A stretch of DNA of 64,000 nt from Diadema antillarum. Its lineage: Eukaryota. The translations under genes and the position numbers were made by a program. The stretch spans positions 2,080,064 through 2,144,063 of the forward strand of contig NW_027271164.1 of the NCBI RefSeq assembly GCF_040938485.1, read 5' to 3'. Under the pieces are notes generated by a model, which was not told the DNA's origin, did no database searches, and saw only the letters and a list, made by a program, of their open reading frames with translations. Shown piece by piece: positions 12,348 to 25,733 of the stretch (position 1 is its first letter; each line of letters opens with the position of its first letter).

Positions 12348-12723
12348 CTGTTTGGTTCAAGAAAAAAGGCTTAAAGTCCATGATTCTAGAAACAAAATAT
12401 TGTCCCTTTTATTAGGACTGTATTTAAGAATGTACACTTATCAACTTGACAAAACTGTTCACGTACCCCACGGTTATCCCAATTTGAGGTATAATCTTTT
12501 TGTTGCTGTCGTTGTTGTTATTATTATTCATCAGTTCTCACTCAAAATGTTAACAGGAAAAAGCTGTTTTCACACACAGAGTTCAACAAAACTGGTGAAT
12601 TTGTTAATGAATAGATTTAATCTGTCAGTTTCGATTCCATTTCTTATTTTGATATCAATCTTTTGTCATGTCGAGATAGAGAAGTAAATTTTCACGAGTG
12701 TTAAAGCTGATGAGTAAATATAC

Positions 12724-12905
12724 CTGTAAATGCTAGCAGACTAGGGAAGTACTCGTTCCAGAAGTGGCACTGTCTGGCTCGGAGAGCCCTTCCCACGGAG
12801 AGGTCCAGGGCCAGCTCTTTGTGACTGAGTTCCGGGATAGTGAACGTGGGCCAGAAATCGTCACCTTGCCCCGGGTCAGAAGAAGGGCTCCGTTTGCTGG
12901 GATTA
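12724..12905 (-). CDS. CESL-1 exon 9
   Basis: Peptide NPSKRSPSSDPGQGDDFWPTFTIPELSHKELALDLSVGRALRARQCHFWNEYFPSLLAFT. Donor GTATAT. Confidence 0.75.
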
Positions 12906-13532
12906 CTGCATGAAATAGAAAAAATGTACGCCTACATTCTCGCCTAGAACTTAACCCTTTCTGTGTCAGTGAGTCAAATTTGGACAAGTTTCACACACCT
13001 ATGGAGAGGAAATTACTGTGGCACATAGTGGGTTGATGATTTTATCGTATTTTATCGATTTTAATCGTAGAGGACATAAAAAAACTGAGGAGACTTTGAA
13101 GACAGGGACTGCCAATGCTAACCTTCTTTCTTAGTAATGGTAGAAATATGGTCGAAAAATTTCGTATAGGAAGATATCAGACTGGTTTCTCATTCTTTCT
13201 CTTATGCATGGTCCTACTCGTAAGTCATATCCTCACTGCATGACTTGTGGGGGTTACAATTAGCTATAACATGTTTGTTATTCCAGAGGTTCACTAATCC
13301 CAAAATGAGATCAGGTTTGTTATTGCGAAAGTTCGTAAATTCGAAAATGAAATAGAGTTTGTTATTACAAAGGTGCGTAATAGTCCCAAAGTTCGTTTAT
13401 ACGCATGCAACTTTGTTTCCCTTTCAGATGAATGAACCTAGTTCCTTTTTTTTTAATCAACGAACCTTCGAAATAACGAACACCATCCCTTTTTGGTTTC
13501 TGTCGGTGTCATCTTACTGCACGCATAATTAC

Positions 13533-13727
13533 CCAGACTTGGCAAAGTTTGTCCAGAATTCCATGAACTTAACAGAGAGGGCGTTTTCTTCTGCCGTCAT
13601 GTTGTGGCCCTTGATGTGATAGAGTTCGTCGATGAAAGGCATTCCCCAGACAAAGAGCAGATCCTCGGCGTGACCAGCGCCAAGCCATGGGGTCGAGGGC
13701 ACCAGGTCTCCGTTCTGAAAGAAGCTC
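13533..13727 (-). CDS. CESL-1 exon 8 (catalytic His)
   Basis: Peptide SFFQNGDLVPSTPWLGAGHAEDLLFVWGMPFIDELYHIKGHNMTAEENALSVKFMEFWTNFAKSG. Donor GTAATT. Confidence 0.8.
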
Positions 13728-14206
13728 CTAAAGGGCAAATGTTCAGAAGACAAAGGAAAGTATTGTAAGGGATCACTAATAGTCAGAAGTACAATTGGCA
13801 TCACATATTTTCTTAACAATCAATACCATACGGTTCATCCCCTCATTCTGGTGAATGGCAGGCCCTACATGATGCCTGCAGTTATTAAATATCCCTTTCG
13901 CCTTGTCTTGTCCCTTGCTCCAGTCTTCACAAAGCTTTTCCCTGATAGCTCGGTGAGACGTTTATTTCGTCGGCTTGAAGTCGTCCACCTAAATGTATCA
14001 AAGATTGATCATCTCTGTACCCATACCTTCCAATCCGACGAATCCGTAATCAAAATGTTTGGAAATGTCGCTAATTGGGGTCATACTTCTAAAATTACAT
14101 GCTCTTACACTACTCATTACTAACGGCACTTTATTACCAGCGTTATTATCATATTTGTATTCTCATTATCATCATAGTTACTTTCAGAGCAACATGTCCA
14201 ACTCAC

Positions 14207-14646
14207 TTCGAAGGCTCGTGTGTCATGTAGTATAAGTAGACAGGATCTCCAGCTTCTGCATGCTTCCTGATCGCCATGTCGATCGGGCAGCCGAAATCCA
14301 TGTCACCGGTGACGTCCTTATTGGACATGAAATAATCTGTCTCGGGGTCATCGGCCACCGTCCAGTCCACATACTCTTGGGTCACAGCATCGATGGCGAT
14401 TTCATCGTCGATTCCGTCGGAAGCTAGAGTCGTTTTGAGCGTTTCATCGAACGTGGCACGATTGATAGGGGGTGGTGTGAGACTGCCGACGTATTCGGGG
14501 TTTGCAAAGTATATATTAAGAGTGCCTTCATCCTTGTTGAAGCCAGCTAGAATGGGCACGTGGGCAAAGTCTCCAGTCTCGTATAGTGTTTGTGGTGAGG
14601 CATCGAGGAAATCCCCATCCCTTGTAACTGGGTAGCCTGGGTAGAA
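14207..14646 (-). CDS. CESL-1 exon 7 (catalytic Glu region)
   Basis: Peptide FYPGYPVTRDGDFLDA...VPILAGFNKDEGTLNIYF...DMDFGCPIDMAIRKHAEAGDPVYLYYMTHEPS. Donor GTGAGT. Confidence 0.8.
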
Positions 14647-15086
14647 CTATCAATATTTGGTCACACAACGCATGGTTAGAAGGTTTAATACTCAGCTTGA
14701 AAACTGAAACGTACGGTTTGCTTCGAATTGTAGTAAAATCAGTCAAACAGTCAAATCCCTCACATTTTTATCGTTATCGGAATCATTACCAGACAATGAT
14801 ACTCGTCAATAAGTAAGAAAGATGTTTCCTGATGGATAATGTACCTCATAAAAGCTTATCAATATTCATTATTGAAATTTATAGAGGAAAATAATGCATA
14901 TGGTTTTAACGACACTATCATCAATAGGCCTACTGATGTAGAAACCAAACGAAAGATGAGCCCTAATTAACCCTTCATGTGTCAATGAATCAACTGCACA
15001 AATTTCGCACACAAACCTATGAACATGTGTTTAATGTTGCACGCGGAGAGTTAAGATGAGGAGAAACGAAGGTGGTGTAGACTTAC

Positions 15087-15254
15087 GCGGTCTGCAGTCT
15101 CCCGCAACTCGTCAGCATCTTTGGTTCTAAGGCATGACACCAATAGTTCTGAGGTGGACGTGTCACACCCCATTGCTTCACCCAGTTCTCTGGCTAACTG
15201 TCTCTCCAACTCGGGGTCATCTCTAAAGGCCCAGTTTCCAAGAGAACTTGCACT
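15087..15254 (-). CDS. CESL-1 exon 6
   Basis: Peptide SASSLGNWAFRDDPELERQLARELGEAMGCDTSTSELLVSCLRTKDADELRETADR. Donor GTAAGT. Confidence 0.75.
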
Positions 15255-16099
15255 CTGGACGGAAGAACAAGACAGTAGTCCAGTTTGTGCAAAGAAATTT
15301 GCTCAGGCTATCAATGTTAGCTCTTTTTTTAATAGTCTATAAGCGCTCTTGCATATTATGACAGTCATTGTTTTTATGACTCAAGGCACTACATCAATAT
15401 AAGATGTTCAGATTGAAACATAATAAACGTTACACAATGATTGACAGTTCAATTATTATTTTGCTTACAAAACGCGATGTACAGCAGAACAATTTATATA
15501 AATTTTATTTGGGAGAAAAAACATCCATCCTTTCATTCATTATGTAAAGAATAATGATTTTGTCAGAATGGCTCAATCAGCATGCTTAGGCTGTTTCTCG
15601 ACAAGGTCCTGAAGTACTACAAGTCAAGTGCATTAACATAAATCATTCAACGGATTAAACAAATCGTCTGCCAGTAAGAGTGATAGTACCATGCAATAAT
15701 AGTAACTCGTGGAAAGAGAAGAGTGAAAAGTATGTCTTGTCACTAGCACTGAAATACACAGTGTTGAAATAGTTCCAATATTAATATCGCACTACTCTCA
15801 TTCTTCTGGCAGAGGTATAGTACATTCTAAGTCAAGAGCGCCCCCATACAACACTTGCACAAGGCGCACTTGTATACATCCACACCCACGTTTATAACGG
15901 TAGCAGTTTAATATTGTAAGGATTTGTGTGAAGAAACACTGCAGTGCATACATTGAATATGCGTTGCAATCAATTACTACCACAGTGTTTCAACAGCATT
16001 AATATTTCACAGGTGAAGAAACACCTGCTCATGAGGGTTATAAGGATGTAACACCCAAAGACTTTGAAACATTGAAAGAATGTTTTAATTAATCACCTA

Positions 16100-16303
<204 letters not shown>

Positions 16304-16396
16304 TCAAACAACGTTCCCATCTTCAGTTAGTTTTTCCCTTTGTTTGATTACCCACGCCGATGAAAATCGGCAGGGGGTTATGTAAAGGGTTCCGTA

Positions 16397-16490
16397 TGTT
16401 TGTTTGTTTGTTTGTTTGTTTGTTTGTTTGTTTGTTTTTTTGTTTGTTTGTTTGTTTGTTTGTTTGTTTGTTTGTTTGTTTGTTTGTTTG
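16397..16490. repeat. (GTTT)n microsatellite of about 23 units, in CESL-1 intron 4
   Basis: Direct reading of the sequence. Confidence 0.95.
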
Positions 16491-16840
16491 TGTACAAGAT
16501 AACAAGAGAACGGGTAAACGGATTTGCACGAAATGTTCAGGGAATGTTTGGATAATGACAGGAAAGAATCGATTAGATTTTGGTGATAATCGGTGGACCC
16601 TTGCAAATTCTTTGTGACCTTGAAGTTTTGACCCCATGGTATAGTGACCATTCCGAAAATTTCCCGTTTCTCACTTTGCGATTTTCCGCTACCATACGAA
16701 GACATAAACTCCCCAACGATCCGACTTCGCTGCTCAAATGTTCGTAAGAATTCCGAAATTTACGTTTAGGCCTATTTGAGGGACTATGTCCTTCTAGATT
16801 TATGAAAGTTCGTTCTCCGTCATCACAAACTGGCCCGTAT

Positions 16841-17534
16841 TTTGATGATTTTTCAAATTAACATTGATTGTTTTTTTCGTTGGAGGAGCATTTTGCTCGG
16901 TCGCAGTCACACTGCACGATATGCGTGCTCAATGTCAATGCGTGTGCAAGGCCGCTGAAAATGCATCGCGCTCTACACTGTTGGTGCAAAATTGCACCGG
17001 GGACGTTGCGGCGCTCGTTGGTGGCCGAATACTGTTGCAGTAGACATTTGCATTCAACCCTTGCATTGAATAATTCCCGTAGACACTAATCATAGGGGTA
17101 ATTGCCTAGGGGGTACGTAAATTTTGTTTTTCTTTTTTGCTTTTGTGGATACCATCAAAGATCGTACACTCATATGACCTTTGATATTTGATGATTTTTC
17201 AAATTAACATTGATTGTTTTTTTCGTTGGAGGAGCATTTTGCTCGGTCGCAGTCACACTGCACGATATGCGTGCTCAATGTCAATGCGTGTGCAAGGCCG
17301 CTGAAAATGCATCGCGCTCTACACTTTTGGTGCAAAATTGCACCGGGGACGTTGCGGCGCTCGTTGGTGGCCGAATACTGTTGCAGTAGACATTTGCATT
17401 CAACCCTTGCATTGAATAATTCCCGTAGACACTAATCATAGGGGTAATTGCCTAGGGGGTACGTAAATTTTGTTTTTCTTTTTTGCTTTTGTGGATACCA
17501 TCAAAGATCGTACACTCATACGACCTTTGATATC
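16841..17534. repeat. Tandem duplication of 2 x 347 bp in CESL-1 intron 4
   Basis: 16841..17187 matches 17188..17534. The track ORFs 16868..17089 and 17214..17435 are identical. Confidence 0.85.
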
Positions 17535-18207
17535 ATCACACTCTCGGCTTGCTATAATCAAAATATCCCGCAAGAAAACGGCGTATTTCTCGATTTTTAG
17601 CGCTTTTTCCGCGACCCGTCGCGTAGACAATACTCTTAAAACTGGACTTAATTCGCGCGCGCTTGGAAAAGTTCCGATTCTGCACTTTTGACGGTGGAAT
17701 TTGGGATTTTCGATGGATTTTTGGAGGAGACTTAAGGACTTTCCTGTACGTGAATGAGTGTTAATACCGTATGTGTAATTATGTGATTTGCGTGTGATGT
17801 GACTGTAGAACCAAAGATCGTACACTTCAGTGTACGATTTTGATTTGATTTGATTTCAATAGTAATAGCAATCCTCCTGTCTTAATCGATTCACATTTCT
17901 TGTTGTTTTTTGCTATTACTCAAATGTTTATCAGAGGGTTAAAGACTAAAAGACTCAAATTTTCATAAAACGGAGTAGGCATAAGAAAAGGGACAGCAAC
18001 CAAGTACATGCAGTGATTGTCTTATTAATTTTTTCCAAGGCAACAATGGAAGTAATGTATAAATAACCCTTACCTGTGTTCAGTACGTGTCTTCTTGTAA
18101 TCTGTATTCCGAACGCTGGGTGTGAGTCCTGGAATTTATTATAGACATTTGTATTTTGGGAGATCAAAATCCAGCATCTTAGTCAAACAAAATCATAGTA
18201 ATCTTAC

Positions 18208-18285
18208 CTTCTATATTGCTGTAGACCCACTCTATCGCGGCCACCTGATCCAACATACCATAATTTCCTGATGATACCCCATCAC
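18208..18285 (-). CDS. CESL-1 exon 4
   Basis: Peptide DGVSSGNYGMLDQVAAIEWVYSNIE. Donor GTAAGA. Confidence 0.75.
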
Positions 18286-18797
18286 CTGGTAGGAGGTAAC
18301 ACGACAGAAACATTATCCATCATTTTATTTAGGAGTAGTTGAATTAGTTTCGTTTGTATTTGGTCAAGAGTAGTTATTTTATATGGAATATATAGACATG
18401 CTTGACAGATATCAATCTAGAATCATTTATGGAAATAAATTAAGGAACTGATTGGTTGGAGTTGGAACAATGTGGTATGGCAGATAGGTTTAGACTCTTA
18501 AAAAGGAATCATAGGTTCGAATCCTGTGCTGCTGTTAACAGGGAGGTGAGTCTCACCTCCCTGCTATTAATGAACTAACAAGTGTGTACGATTCTCGTCC
18601 TGTCCCTTTAAGCTTGAAAAGTAATCCTGTATTATTTGTTGTTTTTGAAATCTAGTGTGTGAAAAACAAAGGTTTAGATATCGATCTTATCACAAGGTTT
18701 CTTTATTGCTATATCATGTTACTACGTCGACCACCTCTATGCAACAGAAGTGTACAACTATCATTCACTCACAGAACAGAATGCATTCAGATCTTAC

Positions 18798-18957
18798 CTG
18801 TTGTAAAGTGTGCAAAGATTGACAGTCGGTAGTTTATGGTTACGATTATGACGTCACCCACAGCAACCAATGGCAATCCGTAGAATTCGTGCGACATCGC
18901 TGTTCCCGTTCGAAATCCGCCTCCGTGAATCCACACCATCACCGGAATATTCGATGA
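18798..18957 (-). CDS. CESL-1 exon 3
   Basis: Peptide [53 protein letters not shown]. Acceptor ttgcag, donor GTAAGA, ends in phase 1. Confidence 0.75.
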
Positions 18958-18976
18958 CTGCAACATTATGGGTGAG

Positions 18977-19007
<31 letters not shown>

Positions 19008-19913
19008 GGGGGAAGCGAAGAAAGAATCATACACGGCTGACAATATCATAATACTAAGAATGACAAAAAAGATGAGAAGGAAACAGTGGTACCAGGGGAT
19101 GTGGAGTGTCTTCCACCTTCCTCCTACCTGGTGGTACATTTTATTTGTGAAACTCGTTCCTCTCCCACCTTGTAAGTCTCACCAAATATCACAAAATTTG
19201 AGCAGTGTTGAGATGAAATTACGACACAGGTGTTTTGAATCTTAAAGGGAAATTCCGGTGCAGCTGAAAGTTCGTCTGAAAAGAATGCGTAAAAGTTCTT
19301 TAGCACAACATTGAAAATTTGATCAAAATCAGATTAAAAATAAGGAAGCTTTGACATCTAAAGTTTCACTTATTTTCGGAAACTGTTCTTGAACAGTCAA
19401 CATGAATATGTAAATAGTGAAGTGATGATGTCACCCCCTCATAACTTGCCACATAATTTGTACAATTTCATTTTGACCTTTCCTTTTTTTTTTTCATTAA
19501 ATGCAATGATGCCCCAATCTCAAATCCTGGTATATCTGACTGGTTATTAATTTGAAGTTATTCAACCAGGAAAAACATCATGTTTTACACTTCAGTAACA
19601 AAAAACAGTGACTTTTCATCATTTTTTTTTTTGTACACGATCAATGGAAAACTGGTGAAAAATGATGACATCATCAGCTCACTTATTTGCATATTCATAT
19701 CAACTGTACGAGAATTGCTCTGCAGAAATTAGCGAAATTTCACAATTTCATAACTTCCTTAATCTTTATCAGATTTTGGTTAATTAATTCTCACTGTGGT
19801 ACTCGCATGAGTTTACTCTGTCTTATCAGACTGATTTAAAACTGGATTGGAATTCCTTTTTAACCCTCTGCGTGCCACAGTAACTTCCAGTCAATAGGTA
19901 GTTTCCCACTCAC

Positions 19914-20090
19914 AGATGTGCTTGGAGTGTAGACGTTGAGATAGAGACAATCCTCCGATCTGTTCGGGTAGAGAGGGTCAGGAATTTGTACGCAGGCTGG
20001 GGCAAACTCGGTGGCGTTTCTCTCTCCCGTCCATGGAGTCTTGCTTTCTGGCTTAGCGAAACGAGCAGGTGGATTGGCGTAGGGAACCCC
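19914..20090 (-). CDS. CESL-1 exon 2
   Basis: Peptide [59 protein letters not shown]. Donor GTGAGT. Confidence 0.8.
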
Positions 20091-20989
20091 CTGGAGTGTC
20101 AGATGACATACATAAGTTTTGCAACAGCAATACTTTCATCAGTTCCATCAAAATACGAAATCTAACTCAGGCAATGACAATGGAGCTCATGCGTTAATTT
20201 TACATATCAAACAAGAGAAGGTTGAAAGACTATAAAGGCACCTTTGTGAACTTTGATTTGATTTGATTTGATTTGATTTATTTCTGCTTAATTCCGTTTC
20301 ATCAAGATATGATTGTGTACAAGTCAGTTATGACAAACAGTATATCAACACATAGTTTTTAGTACAAAACAAAACAAATACAAACAGCTCAGGGAACTTG
20401 AACAGAAGGGTCTCCAAAATAAGCCGAGGCTTGACGGTATGGAGACCCTATACTTAGCTACTCTGGATAGAAGAAGGGATAGAGAGAGAGAGGGAAGGGT
20501 AGGGGGAAGGGGGAAAATTACAGAGTGTATGTGTACCACTCCTACTACTTTACTTTAAAAGTAATGATAATAAATGTAATACGATAATAATATTAAAGTT
20601 AACACGTTCAGTTGCCTTTCCCGTAGTAATGACCGAATATGCACTGTGAAAATAGTAATGAATGAATACAAAGCATTCTACATGAGGTTATCTGTCATGA
20701 AATAACAAACTATATCGTGGTTAAATGTGCACAGTAATGGTAAGGCACATGGTATACATACATAATGTGCTCATATACATAATATACATATGTGCCTATC
20801 CTATACATACACATACATACCCATATTTATGATATATATATGGATAGATAAATAAATCGATGTATGTATGCACACATACATGCATCATGTACCACGTACA
20901 TATTTATATACATTTGATTATGATACAATATAGATATCAAAATGTTATCCTTGGGAATACTGCTTGAGGAGGTGAAGTTTCACAGCCTT

Positions 20990-21400
20990 CTTGAATGAAT
21001 ACATAGTGGTCATGTTTTTAATTTCGTGTCTGAGTCTGAGTGTCTGATAGAATGATGCGCGAGTGCAGTTTTGGGGTTAAATAAATGTAAATTTGTGGAT
21101 TGTCTGGTAGGATAGGAGTGAATCTCTGAATTTGACGGAAATATTCTGCTAAATATTGGAGGCAAGAGATATGACTTGAGGCAACACATAAATACAGCTT
21201 TTTGGAGAAAGTTTATGTCATTTATCTTAACTCTTAAGAGATTTAAGCTGACAAAACAAGGGGTCGGTGTGATCTCGAGAGCGTGCTCGACTGCACACTC
21301 AATTGCTCTTTTCTGCAGGAGAAGTATACGGTCTGTGATACATTTGTGGGTTGCCCAAATAATGTTGCAATACGATATATATGGCAGGAACAAAGCATTA
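20990..21400 (-). mobile_element. 3' fragment of the same CR1/L2-like LINE family, in CESL-1 intron 1
   Basis: Minus-strand ORF 21010..21393 reads LPYISYCNIIWATHKCITDRILLLQKRAIE...HSYPTRQSTNLHLFNPK. This is homologous to the C-terminal region of the 39718..41238 ORF (LPYISYCNVVWGT...LQKKVIRI...HSYPTRICRNFHLLNPK). Confidence 0.6.
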
Positions 21401-22163
21401 TACAGGTTAAATAGTATACACGAGTTGGAAACTTTTACACTGCAGATATACCATATCTATAACACTGTGTATCATACGTCGGGGAAGGCTGTTTTTTTGT
21501 TACATTATTCGATTATAATGTCTAATCCCATTCGATACCATTGCGTAGTGCCAATTAGGGCTTCTAGCCCATCAATGTGATTGATCACACCGATAAACGC
21601 CTAGCAACGTGCAGAAAAATCAATCCCATTCGTTGAGAAACATGAACTCCATTGAAAACAACATCTATTCTGAATAAAGATTGAGAAGAGACCGTCTGTA
21701 GAACACATGAAAAGCAACGACACAGTATATCTGGTCATAATGGTCACTAGCTTATTGGAACTAGAATGACTAGTTTTCTGAAATACGAAATCAATTGAAC
21801 TGTGGTCTGACTTTCTACAATAAATGCGATGTTATTTATATCCAAAATAATATGTAGGACCGCGTAAAATGCATTTGGAGAAGCCATTCGCAGCGGAAGA
21901 CAATTGGATCCGACAGTATGTCATAGTGGCTTGTAAAATGACTGCGAAAAATTAAGGCGGTGCACGTATGATATATGAAGACTTACATGGTTGGCATAAC
22001 GACGAAAAACGCTCACTGTACTAATGTACTTGAAACTATATAGTGGCATTACTATAATCATCATCAATAGCCATCCGTAAAACTTCGATATAGAGTGCAT
22101 AATATACACGCACACCTTGGTATTGAAAGAAAAAGAGATTACGGATAGAACAGCAACCCTTAC

Positions 22164-22325
22164 CAGAAATACATCGACATCGATTGTTTTGTTGATGAAG
22201 GTGTCTTCGCTGAATCGCACGGTTTTCCCCACAATGATTCCCTCAGCGACATTCACTGCCGGGCTGCTGGCCCGACTTACCCCGAGGAAGGCACCGACCG
22301 CCAGAACAAAAAGTTGAAGTTTCAT
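22164..22325 (-). CDS. CESL-1 exon 1
   Basis: ATG at 22325. Peptide MKLQLFVLAVGAFLGVSRASSPAVNVAEG...DVDVFL. Donor GTAAGG. Confidence 0.8.
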
Positions 22326-22520
22326 TTTCGCTATCTAATGCGACTTGGCAGCACCGACAACATGCAGTAAACGGTTTCGAAGGAAATTCTGCAAAAAGTT
22401 AGACCTTGAAACTCTACCCATCCCATTTTGCTGTTTATCAAAGGCTTGTATAATGTCATGTCATTGTTTGCCATATTCTATTCATACCCTTTATCTGTTT
22501 GCTTTACCAAGCAAGATAAA
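22326..22520 (-). promoter_or_regulatory. Candidate promoter-proximal region of CESL-1
   Basis: It carries the same conserved block, cttgtataatgtcatgtcattgtttgccatattctattcataccct. Confidence 0.35.
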
Positions 22521-23216
22521 GAAAGATTTTTTGACTGAATAATGCTTTTAAAGGAGATAAGCAACGTTCTAATAGATTCTGCCGAAGAGCCTCGATGTTT
22601 TTCATTCTCACGTTGTTGTTCTATACCTGCCTAGGATCCTTAACCTTATTAAAAACAATGATTATCATTAACTCAAAATGTAAAATCAAATTTAAACAAT
22701 ATACGTTACCAGAAAATATGTTGGAAAGCAATATTCTCGCTATGCTGCATGGAATTGACCCTTTCCCCCTTAGAAACTAGATACCATTCCGTCCAATCGA
22801 AGTGACCTTTAATCAAGTACTGATAAGACTTATTATGTTCATTCTCCAAGATAATACGCATGCACAACGGATAAGAGTCACATTCCTTCGTCTTTTGAGA
22901 TCTGTATCACGACTGAGATTGTTTGTGCCAACGATGATGGCAAGCATGAGTTAATCTAGAGTTTCAATGAACATCACCCACCTCTTAGGATTGTATGTTA
23001 TTGGAATTGTTTCGCTGATCTCGATATCTTATACAAACGCCCAAAAAGGGGAAAAAAGAAAGATAACGATTGAAATAATCTCTGATTTTGAGTTGGAGGG
23101 CTTAAATTCAAGTGAATTTTTTATTGTATTGTTATTTAACTGAAGACTCATTAAGTGTAAATAAGAGTTTATGTGTACATATAAATGCATAATCATATTT
23201 CCACGTTCATATATAC

Positions 23217-23218
<2 letters not shown>

Positions 23219-23258
<40 letters not shown>
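23219..23258. repeat. (GT)n microsatellite
   Basis: Direct reading. Confidence 0.9.
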
Positions 23259-23259
<1 letters not shown>

Positions 23260-23645
23260 TGTGCTTGTGTAATATTAACTTGCTATCCCAAATATCGATC
23301 ACATAAAGCAACGACCTCGATTTGTTGCGTAATTCGATGGAGAGAGAAAGAGGAAGTGACAATTATTAGCTATTATAATAAGATATGACTTGTATTTATC
23401 TCCGTGCTTGTGCACGTGTGTGTCTTTGAGTATGCCACAACTGATTACACATCATACAGAAAACAGTTTATTAGAACAATTAATGCATTGATTGGACCAA
23501 AAGAAGCTTATTTTGCTGCAGAAACACAAACAACTTCTTCCTCTTTATCATGTACAAGGGTTTAAAAATTAAAAATTTAATGCACAAATAGGGAGATAAA
23601 ATCCATCATGATCAGGCTTTATACGATAAAATTGATTAACAAGTC

Positions 23646-23722
23646 ATTTTCATCACTTTGATTTGATTTGATATGGTTTATTTATTCTCCGTATGACATC
23701 ATTTACAATTCTTTTTAAAGCG

Positions 23723-23772
<50 letters not shown>

Positions 23773-24960
23773 CGGAGAAACTGAATACCTAATTTCAGCC
23801 TGTCTGGTTTTGAAAGTGTTATTTAAACTCTGAAAGTTTCATTTTCCTTGAAATTTTATTTCTGACATTTTAGGTAATTGTATGCAAGACGTTTTAAGAA
23901 AACGATGCCAACCTAACTATCATGAGATGATGCTTTAGTGAGACTAACGGCAGACTTAACTTTCTTTAAGAGAATCTTTGTACATCTGCTGATGGCTGCA
24001 AAGTTCCTTGTAAAATTCACCTATTCACTGAAACATCACTGCTCAGGCTGATGGGAAAGCAAGCAGCAGCAACACAGTAAGGCTGCAGGAGATGCAAACA
24101 GTAATCCCCAACTATATTATTCAAATGTTAAAAAATGGTAAAAGTTATTATAGTCATGTCTTGATAGCAGCAGTACGTTATTAGCATCATTGATTGTGAC
24201 TATGTCTCAAAATGTAATTATCTCTTTCCCAGGAGAAAATCAAAATTGAAGAACAGATGCAATATTGAAAAATCATGTGTTTAGAATTGAAGCGTTCGAG
24301 AATCGTTTTGCTTCCGAGCTCAATTGAAATATGGAATAAGCTAGATTCTAACTTAAAATAATTAAAGTAATAGTGGTCCTAAACTCTTCTGACGGACTGA
24401 CGGAGTCACGATGAAGAACCGTTTCAGTTGTCGTTCTCATAAGGTTTTCAGTCAGTTACAGGTAGACCCTTGCTTGTACTCCTCGAATTCTTGTTGCCAT
24501 CCAGTCAGTCCCGTTTTCCAGATGCTAAAACTGTCTTGCCAATCCTTCTCTAGTTCGTCGATGTCTCCTGATAAAGAGGAATGACATGATTTATCACATT
24601 TCATGTGCTCTTAATTCTTTTCAAATTGTACATTTTGCTTCCGAATATTTGAAGATACCTCATAGGGTTGCACTGCTACGTAATGTAATGTGAGCGATGA
24701 TGTTGAGTAGCGTTCCATCAACGTGTTATCCGATCATTCACATCATTTTTAAAGTCTGAACTTTTCTAACGTGGCTGTCAAGGAAGCAATGAATGCTTGA
24801 AGTAAGCAACCGCTGGACTGACGGTTTTAAGTCCCCTATCCGAAAGAAAACGCAATGAGGGACAATTGCCAAGGAACTCATCCGCCAAATCCAGGTGGAT
24901 TCGAACCACAAACCTCGGATTGACACTCCATCGTCTTTTCCACTGAGACACAGCATCCAA
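23646..24960. repeat. Duplicated 1.35-kb block, copy 2. It contains the functional terminal exon and 3' flank of CESL-2.
   Basis: See copy 1. Confidence 0.75.
24452..24567 (-). CDS. CESL-2 exon 10 (terminal)
   Basis: Peptide DIDELEKDWQDSFSIWKTGLTGWQQEFEEYKQGSTCN followed by a stop. Acceptor ttatcag. Confidence 0.75.
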
Positions 24961-25551
24961 CCTTCGAGACAAGATATTACTTTAGACTTTGCTCTGACTT
25001 CCTCGTCTCTTTAAATTCGACAACACCGACTCACTTCTCAGCTCAGATTGGTTGTAGTAGACAGCTGAACTCATTTCCTTCCCGAAGTCATTTGTAAATT
25101 TCAATGCTTTTTAGAAATATGGTAGAATACTGATCCATTTTCGTTGGAACTTTCAAAGTTTATAATCTCTTTCCTGTTTACAACAATAACTGTTAACCGT
25201 TGAAAGTATTCCTTCTCCTCTTGATATACCACTAATCCAAATCCAGCTTTGGACATCAAAGACATAATTATGGAATTATACAAGTACCTTCAAACAACCG
25301 TTTCACCAATGCTTCTCGTTGCGTAGTGTTGCTCAAGAAAGCCTATAATTATTTGTAATGACATAAGTAAAGCTTATTCAATCTTCGAGATTCAATTTTC
25401 AAGATTTCATCTGACGATACTGGTATACCGCATGTTAAAGTGAGTTTTGGACCGTGTATTCAATAAGTAATATCAAACATTATATAGTCTGACCATAGAA
25501 TCAGATGTGAAATGTTTCTTTGAAATGACTGAAACTGACGTCTAGACTTAC

Positions 25552-25733
25552 TTGCATGAGTGAGAAGAGTGGGCATGTAGGAGTTCCAGAAGTGGCACTG
25601 CCTGGCTCGAACAGCTCTACCGACTGCAAAGCCAGGAGCCAGCTCCTTGTAGTTGAGTTCAGGGATGGAGTAACTAGGCCAGAGATCCTCCCCGACTCCA
25701 GGTTCAGCATCAACGCTTGGCTTGCTTGGATCC
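25552..25733 (-). CDS. CESL-2 exon 9
   Basis: Peptide DPSKPSVDAEPGVGEDLWPSYSIPELNYKELAPGFAVGRAVRARQCHFWNSYMPTLLTHA. Donor GTAAGT. Confidence 0.75.

Larger units (their letters stand above)
18880..22520. repeat. Segmental duplication, copy B. It matches window positions 1..3245 and covers CESL exons 1-3 plus about 200 bp of 5' flank.
   Basis: The first roughly 90 nt of the two copies are identical. The exons, the intronic (GA)n-polyG run and the 5' flank block tataatgtcatgtcattgtttgc are conserved. The copies differ by TE and microsatellite indels. Confidence 0.8.

Noticed and set aside
12178-12687. 169-aa plus-strand ORF
   Set aside because: It overlaps the CESL-1 terminal exon and 3' flank in antisense. 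It is hydrophobic, low in complexity and has no motif support.
15121-15342. Plus-strand ORFs that overlap esterase exons. Other examples are 38424..38831, 39453..39641, 25556..25759, 26400..26741 and 54710..54922.
   Set aside because: They are antisense or alternate-frame shadows of the minus-strand esterase exons. The esterase frame has clear family motifs and splice sites, and these do not.
16868-17435. Two identical 73-aa ORFs (MFFSLEEHFARSQSHCTICV...)
   Set aside because: They lie in the two units of the intronic 347-bp tandem duplication. They have no homology signal and are most likely spurious.
24790-24960. Possible tRNA gene on the minus strand with a GGTTCGAATCC T-arm-like motif. 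A second instance lies at 9300..9460.
   Set aside because: The acceptor stem does not pair and no clean cloverleaf can be drawn. It is more likely a tRNA-derived SINE-like tail at the edge of the duplicated block, so I mention it only within that repeat.
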